Under the pieces are notes generated by a model that was not told the origin of the DNA, ran no database searches, and saw nothing but the letters and a program-made list of their open reading frames with translations. From a virus (Duplodnaviria; Caudoviricetes), in the IMG/VR virus record IMGVR_UViG_3300008120_000047, positions 1-62,221 of that record: DNA of 62,221 bases, one strand, 5' to 3'. The position numbers and the translations under genes were made by a program. Positions 36,055 to 44,915 of this stretch are shown piece after piece. Within the stretch, counting starts at the first letter, position 1. Every line of letters starts with the position of its first letter.

Positions 36055-36840
36055 TCAAGCCATCTGTCTATCTATCTCAGAGACTAGTGATGCCGCCGCT
36101 TCTGTGAGGCAGTAGCGAACCATTATGTCTACTGGATCTTGACCTGGAGGCACAGATATAATCACTTTGTTCGTGTCAAACCATCTGATAGCGTCTTGAT
36201 CTGCTTTGATAAGCTGAAGCGACACGGCTTGCTTAATCTTAGCTTTCATTGCCACTATTGGGTTATCGAACGAATCGATAAACACCTTAGGGTTAGACTT
36301 GGCTTTCTGAAGCAAGTCGTGCTTTATCTCAGACACAGGTCGGTCGATGTCCATACCAAAAGCAAGGGCTACGGCAAGCAAATCGTCAAGCTCTTTTGTT
36401 CTTATCAACGAAATGGCATCCACAGTCAAAAACTCGTCTTGCATCTTGGCCTGCGCCTTTTCTTCTTTGTTAACCTCTTCAAACAAAGAGCCTCCATTAG
36501 ATTTGTTACCTGGATGAACCTCAAGGAATCTTCTAAGGTTAGGCTGTTCTTTTGGAACAAACAGCCTGCCCATTCTAAAGACAACTGGAGACTTTACTGA
36601 TGCTTCAGATTGTTCGTCTTTGAAAATAGAGTTCTCGTTTTCACAGTAACGTATCTCTCTCACCCTATCTGAATCTTTGTCATAGACAGTTATCCCAGAC
36701 TGCATGAGCATAAACACAGACCCTGAGTTTATTGCGATAAACTCTTTAACAGTCAAAGATTCTTCATTTCTTTTGATCTGAGTCTTCTTTGGCTGTTGAG
36801 TGGCTGGTCTGCCAACACTTCTTTTTGTTTCGTTTTCCAT
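36055..36840 (-). CDS. Conserved capsid-associated protein
   Basis: REIRY..N..SIF.DEQ...F..G.L.V...L..FL..HP pattern recalled from crAss-like genes downstream of MCP. Confidence 0.7.
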   Translation of the reverse strand: MENETKRSVGRPATQQPKKTQIKRNEESLTVKEFIAINSGSVFMLMQSGITVYDKDSDRVREIRYCENENSIFKDEQSEASVKSPVVFRMGRLFVPKEQPNLRRFLEVHPGNKSNGGSLFEEVNKEEKAQAKMQDEFLTVDAISLIRTKELDDLLAVALAFGMDIDRPVSEIKHDLLQKAKSNPKVFIDSFDNPIVAMKAKIKQAVSLQLIKADQDAIRWFDTNKVIISVPPGQDPVDIMVRYCLTEAAASLVSEIDRQMA

Positions 36841-36863
36841 TGAATTAAATTATTTTTTTTTCT

Positions 36864-37574
36864 TTATGCCACTCTAAATACGTTATACGTATTAGCAGAG
36901 CTTCTAACGACTCTAAACGTGGCTCTTCCTCCGTTTATGGGTATTGCGCCAAAGTCCCCAATAGCAGTGGTGTTAGTATTTCCAGATAAAGTCACAGTAG
37001 CTCCAGCTGTGGTTGATGTGTTTATTACAACAAAATCCCATGAAGCACTCGCCACTTTCCAATCCGCTGGAAGGCCTGTTTCTATGTTTGTTCCAGTCGG
37101 AAGGGTTATGGTGATTGCCGCTACAGGATTCGAATTTATTATGCATCCAGGCAGTATTGATGCAGGATTAGCCATGGCAACAGTTGTGGATATTGCCGTA
37201 ATTTGCGTGGTTCCATATACAGACGGGTAATACGAAAATCCAGAAGAATCTCCAAGCTGAACCACAGACCACTTAGTCCCATTCCATACGCAAAGAGCAT
37301 TTTTCCCTGCATGAAGGACAAGAGGATCTGATATATGAGACTCTCCATATGACGCAAGGTCTACAGAAATCCAATACCCACCTCCACTATCGTTTGAAAT
37401 CACGACTTGCTGTCCGTTAAAGCTCGCAGATGGGACAGTCACCGTGATGTTAGCGGAAGCAACTACAGAGATATATGACGACTTCATTTGAGTCGCCGTT
37501 AGCGTTACGTTTGTGGCAGGGTTTACGGTTATTTCAGTTTGATCAGAAATAAGTGGAAAAATTCTATTTGACAT
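36864..37574 (-). CDS. Putative capsid decoration protein
   Basis: Two beta-rich Thr-rich repeats (ITVTVPSA / ITITLPTG) right after MCP. Confidence 0.6.
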   Translation of the reverse strand: MSNRIFPLISDQTEITVNPATNVTLTATQMKSSYISVVASANITVTVPSASFNGQQVVISNDSGGGYWISVDLASYGESHISDPLVLHAGKNALCVWNGTKWSVVQLGDSSGFSYYPSVYGTTQITAISTTVAMANPASILPGCIINSNPVAAITITLPTGTNIETGLPADWKVASASWDFVVINTSTTAGATVTLSGNTNTTAIGDFGAIPINGGRATFRVVRSSANTYNVFRVA

Positions 37575-37595
37575 CTTTGTAAGTTTTGCAGCTTA

Positions 37596-37626
37596 GAGGA
37601 GGAGGAATTTATTCCTCCCCCTCCTC
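37596..37626 (-). terminator. Hairpin after MCP stop (attenuator or mRNA stabiliser)
   Basis: GAGGAGG...GAGGAAT-AA-ATTCCTCCTCCTC; weak U-tract. Confidence 0.5.
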
Positions 37627-37639
37627 GCTATTGTTTTTA

Positions 37640-39025
37640 TTACTTGATGATAACGTGCTGGTTTGCAGCTCTAGTAACCAAGTTGCACTCAGAACGGTAG
37701 TTGAATCTAGCAACGTCATCGCCATCGGTGGCATACCCCAGGATAGAGCCAGTAACGAAATGCTCAATGTCTCTGCTGTAGTTGTTGGAAGCTTTGTAGT
37801 TCATTTCCAAAGCAGGAGCCTTTTGCCCAGTTCTTGCATCAGCCACAGTGGTCAAAGGAACCAATGCACCTTTGTATCCGCCAGACAAAGCCCCAAGAGT
37901 GGGGTCGTTCAACAGCTTCCAGTCATGCTTATGGAAGGTGTAGCCACCTCTAGTAAATGATTTAAAACCAAGCTGAACGGCCATGTTAGCATCGTTATTA
38001 AATGCCCCAAACTGACCAGGAAGACCTGCGGTAACCTGAGTGGCAATACCAGTGGCAATCATGTCGTCGATGTCCAAAGAAACCTTTCTGTTTACGTAAA
38101 AAGCGTATTCAGAAGGAGCTCCTTCTTTGTCGAGTTCAAGTATGATGCTGTCCATATCAGACATAGAAGCAAACGTGCCTTGAGCACCACCAGAAACCGT
38201 AGACACAATACCTCTTCTTTCTACAGCCTGGAAATAACCCTCAGTGCCCGCTACGGCTCCAGTTTCAAGAGCGACGTCGAGGGAGCTGTCATAAGTTCCG
38301 CCGTTTGTGTCTTCTTTTGTTTGACCAAACAACATCATCATCTCTCTCTGGTTCATGAATCGCTTACGAGCGTCCATCTCATTCTTCAAGTACCATCTGT
38401 AATCACCGTTTACATTGATCCAGCCAATGTTGGTTGCTTGAGATCCGTTTACAGTGTATACCTCTTTGGTAATAAAGAATGGGTTAATGAACTTCTTTAG
38501 GTCAGTTTGGTAAAACTTTGTAGGCTGAGGAGTTCCCTGTGCGTATATATTGCCTATTACAGACACTCGTGTGCCAGCCGAAAGCGTAGACACAGTGCCT
38601 CCATTGAGAGCTTTTACGTTGTTGGCAGAGTTGTTTGTTTCTGACATTACAACAAGCCTTTGACCAGCTGGAGTCAAAAGCACGTCATTCAGTCTTAAAG
38701 CATTAGAAGAAGGGGTGGTTACATTAAGTGTTCCAGCAGTAGTCATAGTAACCGTAAAAACTTGATGCAGCCTGCCCTCTTCCCACCACTGAACCTCGTC
38801 GGAAGTAGCCGTGCTTTTCTTGGCTCCAGTCAATTCAAGAAAGCCAGTAATGCCCTGATCTCCGTAGGTTTGAACGAGAATATCTCTATTGTCTGGTTTA
38901 GTGGGGTCCAAAAGGCCTCCGAGAGACACATAAGCATCTGGTCCAGCTTTACGAACTGGAAGTCTTCCACCGCCGCTGCCGAGTGCGGTTCTGTCAGTGG
39001 AGTTTGTTTGGTTTGTAGTTGCCAT
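37640..39025 (-). CDS. Major capsid protein
   Basis: 461 aa after scaffold-like gene; W.E.GRLH, V.GS.A.NIGW, YRWYLK, LGFKSF.RGGYTF.K.DWK.LND. Confidence 0.88.
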   Translation of the reverse strand: MATTNQTNSTDRTALGSGGGRLPVRKAGPDAYVSLGGLLDPTKPDNRDILVQTYGDQGITGFLELTGAKKSTATSDEVQWWEEGRLHQVFTVTMTTAGTLNVTTPSSNALRLNDVLLTPAGQRLVVMSETNNSANNVKALNGGTVSTLSAGTRVSVIGNIYAQGTPQPTKFYQTDLKKFINPFFITKEVYTVNGSQATNIGWINVNGDYRWYLKNEMDARKRFMNQREMMMLFGQTKEDTNGGTYDSSLDVALETGAVAGTEGYFQAVERRGIVSTVSGGAQGTFASMSDMDSIILELDKEGAPSEYAFYVNRKVSLDIDDMIATGIATQVTAGLPGQFGAFNNDANMAVQLGFKSFTRGGYTFHKHDWKLLNDPTLGALSGGYKGALVPLTTVADARTGQKAPALEMNYKASNNYSRDIEHFVTGSILGYATDGDDVARFNYRSECNLVTRAANQHVIIK

Positions 39026-39053
39026 TTTTGTTTAGTTTTTTTTTGTTTGTTAG

Positions 39054-40073
39054 TTAGAGGAATTTTATGCCTCCACCCCCAAACCCTAAAGCTTCTTTTA
39101 GTTGTTCAGTGAGGGGATCTTGGCCGTTATTTACGCCTCCTTGATTTGGTGTCCTGGTGCTTACGTTGGCCGCTTTATTCACGATGTTCTTTTGACCATC
39201 ACTCATTCCCTGTCTGTATGCAGACGTAAGGATTTCGTTGATGTTGTCAATAACTGTTCTATGCATATTCAGCATGTCGTAATCCCAAGATCCATCCTCG
39301 CGTACGTAAGGATCGAAGAACTCGTCAAGGCGAGTGTTTTTGTCATATAGCTGAGCCTTGTATCTCTCGTCAACGCCATAAGTGAACTTCTTTCCGTTAA
39401 GATCAAACTCGATCCCTTCGAAATCGTTCAGGTTCTCGCGCATCTGATTTACCCAAGACTCGTCTACTATGGAGTTGTAATCGCTGGCGCTAGCCTGAGG
39501 CAGTTGGTAACTGTTTCTGACGTCCTCTATGGAACGTCTTGCTGAGGCGGCATCGATTCTCAGTTGGATAGAAGAAAGCTTAACCTCGTCCTCTCCGTAG
39601 ACGTCTGGGTTAAGTTTGTACTTGCTGTTGACGAAAAGATCAATCTCTTCTTGAGAAAGGTTGGGGTACTCTGCCGATGTGTTCAGTCGGATGACTGACA
39701 GGTCGTCCATTTCGGACGGATCGATCGACTGATAAACAAACCAATCTCTGGGGTCGCGGCCAGTCTTCTCGACAAACTCCGCGATGACTGCTATCCTTTC
39801 GTCAATAGCTCTTTCTCTATCTCTATATTCGATCAAGTCGTCAAGAGAGCTGACGCTCTTACCCAGCCTTTCGCTTAGGTAATTGAACACAGCACTGTCT
39901 ACGTCTTGATCAGTATAGCTTTCTGTTTGTTGTGAGCCGTCATTAAAAGACGACTCTTGAATTTCATCCTGTGGCTGATCCTCTATGAATTGCTCTTCTT
40001 GTTCAAAAGCGCCATTCACTTCTTCTTCATCCACAAAACGAAACGTAGTTTCTTCATTGTTTTCAAAGGACAT
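39054..40073 (-). CDS. Putative scaffolding/assembly protein
   Basis: Very acidic and helical; directly upstream of MCP. Confidence 0.65.
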   Translation of the reverse strand: MSFENNEETTFRFVDEEEVNGAFEQEEQFIEDQPQDEIQESSFNDGSQQTESYTDQDVDSAVFNYLSERLGKSVSSLDDLIEYRDRERAIDERIAVIAEFVEKTGRDPRDWFVYQSIDPSEMDDLSVIRLNTSAEYPNLSQEEIDLFVNSKYKLNPDVYGEDEVKLSSIQLRIDAASARRSIEDVRNSYQLPQASASDYNSIVDESWVNQMRENLNDFEGIEFDLNGKKFTYGVDERYKAQLYDKNTRLDEFFDPYVREDGSWDYDMLNMHRTVIDNINEILTSAYRQGMSDGQKNIVNKAANVSTRTPNQGGVNNGQDPLTEQLKEALGFGGGGIKFL

Positions 40074-40097
40074 GTCAATTAAATTTATTGATTTGAA

Positions 40098-40364
40098 TTA
40101 TTTCAAGTATGCAACAACCGTGGTTGAAGCATCTGTTTGTATTTTGGTGAACGGGCCCTCTACGGTTTGCCCAGCGGCTAGAGTAAACGTAGTACCAGCA
40201 GCCTGATTGACCCAAGCACTTGTAACCCACGTTCTGACCGCAGGCCCAAATACCGTAACGGTTGTACCTCCTGTTACGGTAAACTTTTCAACTACCCTTC
40301 CGTTGTCTATCGCAGCGGCATCAAGCGTTGTGGATGCGGGCATGTAGTAAATTCCTGATGCCAT
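40098..40364 (-). CDS. Small beta-rich structural protein
   Basis: AAGQTVEGPFTKI...VVAY pattern. Confidence 0.65.
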   Translation of the reverse strand: MASGIYYMPASTTLDAAAIDNGRVVEKFTVTGGTTVTVFGPAVRTWVTSAWVNQAAGTTFTLAAGQTVEGPFTKIQTDASTTVVAYLK

Positions 40365-40365
40365 T

Positions 40366-40575
40366 TTATTCGTCTATTTGTTTTCTCGCCAAAAGTATTT
40401 TTATTTCCTGTACATCTTTTATCAGCTTGTCTATGCTGCTTTGAAGTACGCTAGTCTGCTTTTCATGTATGTCGAGCCTAAGCGCAAGCTTGCTGATTTC
40501 TATGTTAAGCTTTACGTATACGCCCACTAGCCCAGCAGCCAGGACTATTATCTGATAGATGTTGATGTCAATCAT
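40366..40575 (-). CDS. TM plus coiled-coil protein (holin/hemolysin-like)
   Basis: One N-terminal TM helix then heptads; TATATTTG at 40583-40590. Confidence 0.6.
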   Translation of the reverse strand: MIDINIYQIIVLAAGLVGVYVKLNIEISKLALRLDIHEKQTSVLQSSIDKLIKDVQEIKILLARKQIDE

Positions 40576-40597
40576 TTGGCTGCAAATATAATAATGT

Positions 40598-40885
40598 TTA
40601 CCACTTCACCTTATTTGCCCAGTAAGCAGCGCTCATCTTGCCTTTAGCTATGTTCTTAGCGTGGCGAGCCTGGAAGGACTGCCTGCGGTTCTTATACGAC
40701 TCTGACTCCCCTTCTTTCTTTGGAGATCCAGAAACACCCTGTTGACCAAAGCGAATAACCTTCACTTTGTCCCCCTCTTTAGCCACAACTACGTGCGACT
40801 TCTTAGGGTGAGAAGGGGTAGCTTTAGGCTTGTTGACTCCAGAAAGGCCGTTAGCCTTCAGTAGATTCTTTATTCTGTCGCTCAT
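40598..40885 (-). CDS. Basic conserved phage protein (DUF6321-like)
   Basis: NKPK.TP.HPKKSHVV.AK.GDK...IRFGQQG...SF.ARH...SAAYWA.K.KW. Confidence 0.8.
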   Translation of the reverse strand: MSDRIKNLLKANGLSGVNKPKATPSHPKKSHVVVAKEGDKVKVIRFGQQGVSGSPKKEGESESYKNRRQSFQARHAKNIAKGKMSAAYWANKVKW

Positions 40886-41009
40886 CTTCTTCAAGTTTTT
40901 CTAATAATTGTAAAGCCTGAACGCCGTTAGCTACCTCTGCATATGGTCTTTGCATCAGATAGCCCAGTATTCCATTCAAAACGTCTGCGCTTATTATATA
41001 CTTGTCCAT
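40851..41009 (-). CDS. 52-aa protein with PYxEV motif (absent from ORF track)
   Basis: MDKYIISADVLNGILGYLMQRPYAEVANGVQALQLLEKLEEDERQNKESTEG. Confidence 0.7.
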   Translation of the reverse strand: MDKYIISADVLNGILGYLMQRPYAEVANGVQALQLLEKLEEDERQNKESTEG

Positions 41010-41013
41010 AGTT

Positions 41014-41184
41014 TTATTCAATAGAATTTATGTCATCAATATCTTTTTGAGTGTACACCCCGTTGTTTCCAATAGACAACAACGTGGCCACGCGAACTCT
41101 ATCGACGTAATCGCCTTTCATGTGTTTTATAACATCATCTTCCCCGCAAACGTCTATTATAGCTCTTATTATCTGATTATCCAT
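41014..41184 (-). CDS. 56-aa hypothetical protein (absent from ORF track)
   Basis: MDNQIIRAIIDVCGEDDVIK...DIDDINSIE; overlaps upstream stop. Confidence 0.6.
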   Translation of the reverse strand: MDNQIIRAIIDVCGEDDVIKHMKGDYVDRVRVATLLSIGNNGVYTQKDIDDINSIE

Positions 41185-42001
41185 AATTATTTACTCCGTT
41201 TACAAATGTAAACAATCCTTGATCTACTTGTTCTCCAGAAAAAGCACCCGTGCTGCTGGTCAGTACTCTAAACGAAGTTGTTTGAAAGTTTGACCAGTTT
41301 ATCCTCATCGATTTTATCGTGGGCGGAGTTGGATAGGTTCCAGATTGAAACTGTATTTGCCACCAGTTCAAGGCAGCGTTACTTACCCCCAAAGACCACC
41401 AATTTGTGTATGTAAGCCCATCAGATGCCTTCCACGGCAAATATGTCGCAGATTGAGAGTACCCAGCGCTCACAACTATGCCAGTCTCGCTTGTGTCGCT
41501 GGTTAAATTGGTTGTTGGGTAAGCGGTTCCCGTCTGCCCCTGTCCAGTATAAAATTTTATTTCTGTTATACCGATATACGATGTAGTGTTTGCCCCAGCG
41601 GTGGTTTGAGCAATCAGCCTTATATATGCGGCGTTCAAAAATGTCACATCATATGTGGCTGTTGCAACGGCGGATTGCTTATAATCACCAAATTCCTGTG
41701 CTTTTACATATATCGTCCTTGTTCCAACCGTAGTATTAGTATCTTTAAGCAGTAATATGTTACCAAGCTTGTCCGAGTTTGCAGATAATGTGTGCTGAAC
41801 AGCGGCGTCAGCTACGGTTACTGTAGCCCCAACCTTGGCTTCTGCAGTGAAGTTTGGGTTTGTGTAGCTAGCATAGTTTGATATAGTAGCCGTTATTGTA
41901 CCAAAAGCCGCTTGCCCTATAGACAAAGTGGGTGTAGTCGAAGCAGGTGTTGATGCGGCGGCGGCGGCAATCGGAGTAGCAAACTTTCCTATTGGACTCA
42001 T
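41177..42001 (-). CDS. Fibre-associated protein with discoidin/F5-8-like carbohydrate-binding domain
   Basis: EIKFY...SAG...PWKASDG...WWS...WWQIQF. Confidence 0.65.
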   Translation of the reverse strand: MSPIGKFATPIAAAAASTPASTTPTLSIGQAAFGTITATISNYASYTNPNFTAEAKVGATVTVADAAVQHTLSANSDKLGNILLLKDTNTTVGTRTIYVKAQEFGDYKQSAVATATYDVTFLNAAYIRLIAQTTAGANTTSYIGITEIKFYTGQGQTGTAYPTTNLTSDTSETGIVVSAGYSQSATYLPWKASDGLTYTNWWSLGVSNAALNWWQIQFQSGTYPTPPTIKSMRINWSNFQTTSFRVLTSSTGAFSGEQVDQGLFTFVNGVNNYG

Positions 42002-43422
42002 GAACTTGGGTGTATATTAAGAGTTACAGTTATCGACGCCGTTGGTAGGTTCGTTGCATATATCTTGACAGCTCCAGCAGAGCTGTCGGTTTGTGGCAAC
42101 ATTTCAGCTGCTTTTACTACAGATATGCTGGCATTAGATGGTATGACATCTACTATGCTTGTAGACAAAATGTTTCCATCGCTTATTGAGGCTTCGTACA
42201 ACCCACTCACTAAGGACCACGCCCCAGTAGCCACGGTTTTTCCAGTAATCTGTTTATGCAGTCCCGTGTTAGTTATCTGTAGTGTTTTTCCTACGTTATC
42301 GGTTATAAAGCTTATTCCGCCTCCAGCTATAAACTCAAGCGTTCCAGTTTTAGAGGCAGAAGCTATCGTTGTTTGCCCAGATACAGCAAAGTTGCTAAAT
42401 GCGTTTTGATTCACCTCAGCGCCAGAGGCAACACCATCAAGTTTAGTCTTGTCAGAGGACGACATAGATCCAGCCGCAGAAGTTGTGGCCGCTGTTATGC
42501 TTATGGCTGGCGTAGTTCCACCAGACGATACTATCGGGGCAGTTCCAGTTACAGAAGAAACTATCGTTGGTTTGTTTAATATCTGAGCATCACCACTCAC
42601 AGCATTCCAGTCTGCGTTTACGTTGGCTTCAGCAGTAGTTCCGACTATAATTGCATCAACCGCTGGATCTCCGCCGCTAGCGCTAGCAAGCGTAAGCGGG
42701 GCCGCGAAAAGAATCTGAAAAGTATCAGTAGTGTTGTCTGCGGCGAGCGAAAGGTTAACAGCGGTCGTACCATCAGCTTGAAAACCTAAAGCATTGATGT
42801 TTGAAAAAGCGTTTTGATTTACGTCTGCCGCAGTAGCTATTCCGTTCAACTTTACTTTGTCGGCTGCTGACATAGATCCAGCTACTGAAGTTGTTGCTTC
42901 TGATATAGAAACAGTCCTCGTCGAAGTTCCGCTAACAGATATTGGTGAGGTTCCTACGACGCTTGTGACACCACCAGTAGCTGCCTCCCAAGTAGCCAAT
43001 CCAGTTGCAGAGTCCCAAGTAAGAACTTGATTGTTTGTAGCAGCAACGTCAGATACGTCAGATATAGAGGCAAGGTTGATTCCGCTTACGCTCACGGAAG
43101 ACTCCATGTAAGACAGGTTAACCACAAGGCCAGCCTGAGAAGTCACTACTTGTATCTTGTCTCCGTTCTGAAGGTTTATAGATCCATCTGGGCTAAGAAC
43201 ATTCCAAGCGGTTCTCGCTCCAACTGACTGATAGTTTACCTCATAGCTAGTAGTGCTTGCGGCCTTGTATATCTTTACAGTAATTGCGTATGCAGTTGTT
43301 GGGCTAGAGTTGTACACAACCAAGCTCTTAACTACTGAAGCTACTACGCCGCATGTGTAGACGTCTTCGTTGCTTCCGCTTCCAGTAGTGCTGTATGCTA
43401 CAGATTTATATGAATTAGGCAT
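41998..43422 (-). CDS. Tail fibre protein with internal repeats
   Basis: Two copies of ATTS.AGSMS..DK.KL.G...VNQNAFSN; ADWNA.SGDAQILNKP. Confidence 0.8.
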   Translation of the reverse strand: MPNSYKSVAYSTTGSGSNEDVYTCGVVASVVKSLVVYNSSPTTAYAITVKIYKAASTTSYEVNYQSVGARTAWNVLSPDGSINLQNGDKIQVVTSQAGLVVNLSYMESSVSVSGINLASISDVSDVAATNNQVLTWDSATGLATWEAATGGVTSVVGTSPISVSGTSTRTVSISEATTSVAGSMSAADKVKLNGIATAADVNQNAFSNINALGFQADGTTAVNLSLAADNTTDTFQILFAAPLTLASASGGDPAVDAIIVGTTAEANVNADWNAVSGDAQILNKPTIVSSVTGTAPIVSSGGTTPAISITAATTSAAGSMSSSDKTKLDGVASGAEVNQNAFSNFAVSGQTTIASASKTGTLEFIAGGGISFITDNVGKTLQITNTGLHKQITGKTVATGAWSLVSGLYEASISDGNILSTSIVDVIPSNASISVVKAAEMLPQTDSSAGAVKIYATNLPTASITVTLNIHPSS

Positions 43423-43424
43423 GC

Positions 43425-44912
43425 TTACGAAATAAAGTACGAAAATAGTTCAATTTCTTCTGTGCCCCCAACAGTTATATTGTCGACAGTATTCTTAAGC
43501 TCTGATATATCGACTCCATCTACAGTGCCAGTGACTATTATGTTGCCAGTTACCCTTGTGTTTCCCGTGATGTCGAGCGGATAAGATGGTGACGTGTTGT
43601 GGACGCCCACAAGGGCGCCACCTATTCTGCCCTCTCCATATATGATCGTTCTCTGGGTTGGCGTTACAGAGTCATCAAGCAGCTTTATCTCTATGGTTCC
43701 AGGGCTAGCCTGAGAAAAGAAATATCCAGTGCTGCCTTTAAAGAATGAACCAGTTGTCTCTGACGTTTCTAACGCAGCTGATGTCTGGCTAAATCCAAAT
43801 CTAGACTTAGTCTGATTTTTTGATATAGGGGCTATAGCTGCCTGAATAGCGGCTATGTCTTGCGAGTTAGTCGATATGTTGTTTTCAGCGGCAACAAGCC
43901 CAGCATTTATCGTCTGAACGTTTGATGCAGATCTAGAGATAGACGTCCCATACAAGGTGACAGCACCGCTTATCGGGGTTACCGAGTTTATAGACTTTAC
44001 TACTACGCTGTCATTTGCTACGGTTACTGTCCCTCCTGAACTGTACAATCCATTTATCTCTATATCCCTCCATTGCCCATCTCTATATACAGATGTTACT
44101 ATATGATTTGTGGTTGACGGAATAGTGCCTGGAACACAAAACATATCCTTTGATATACAGGACCACTCTACGTCTGTTTGATTTGAGTTTACCCTAAGTA
44201 CCTTGTTGTTATTTCCAGAATAAGCTGGAAGAAGATTAGATCTAGCCACTCCTACGCTTGTAGCTCCAGTGCCCCCGTTGGCTATAGCTACCGTTCCAGT
44301 TACGTTGGCTGCGTTTCCAGATATGTTGCCAGTCACTTTTGTTCCAGCAACACTAGTTATATAGTCGTTTGAAATAGACCCAGCATTCCACGTGCCGCTT
44401 GTTATGGTCCCAAGAGTGGTTATGGATGCTTGACCTATATAGTTGCTCGCTATGTCTACAGCATCAGCACTTACCGTTATCCTGTCTGTTGTGCCCCCTA
44501 CATTGAAGTCATTGGTGCCTAACGTCAAACCATTTCCAGCTGTATACGTGGTATTCGTATCGGTAGCCGACAGAATTCCACTTCCATCTATTGATAAGTT
44601 AGTCCCAACTTTTATACCACCAAGAGCGTTTGCTGTTGCTATAGGCAGCGTGTATGCTGTGCTAGACCCTATTTCAACCCAGTTTCCAACAGTTGCCCAC
44701 GCGGTATCACCTAAATCAGTGCTGTTGTATATATAAAGCTTGTCTACATCCTGAAGCACAGCCAAAAAACCATTTACCCTCATGTTGGCATTAAGTGAAT
44801 TTCTGGCTGTGGCACTAGCAAACACGCCAAGGCCTTTGACTTGGTTTTCAGTCAAATTGACTATAAAGTCACTGGGGTTGTTGTGTTGTACTGGGCCAGG
44901 AAACTTGGGCAT
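43425..44912 (-). CDS. Tail fibre protein
   Basis: YTLP.AT...LGGIKVG, ITTLGTITSGTW, GTVAIANGGTGAT, VDGVDIS. Confidence 0.8.
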   Translation of the reverse strand: MPKFPGPVQHNNPSDFIVNLTENQVKGLGVFASATARNSLNANMRVNGFLAVLQDVDKLYIYNSTDLGDTAWATVGNWVEIGSSTAYTLPIATANALGGIKVGTNLSIDGSGILSATDTNTTYTAGNGLTLGTNDFNVGGTTDRITVSADAVDIASNYIGQASITTLGTITSGTWNAGSISNDYITSVAGTKVTGNISGNAANVTGTVAIANGGTGATSVGVARSNLLPAYSGNNNKVLRVNSNQTDVEWSCISKDMFCVPGTIPSTTNHIVTSVYRDGQWRDIEINGLYSSGGTVTVANDSVVVKSINSVTPISGAVTLYGTSISRSASNVQTINAGLVAAENNISTNSQDIAAIQAAIAPISKNQTKSRFGFSQTSAALETSETTGSFFKGSTGYFFSQASPGTIEIKLLDDSVTPTQRTIIYGEGRIGGALVGVHNTSPSYPLDITGNTRVTGNIIVTGTVDGVDISELKNTVDNITVGGTEEIELFSYFIS

Positions 44913-44915
44913 TTT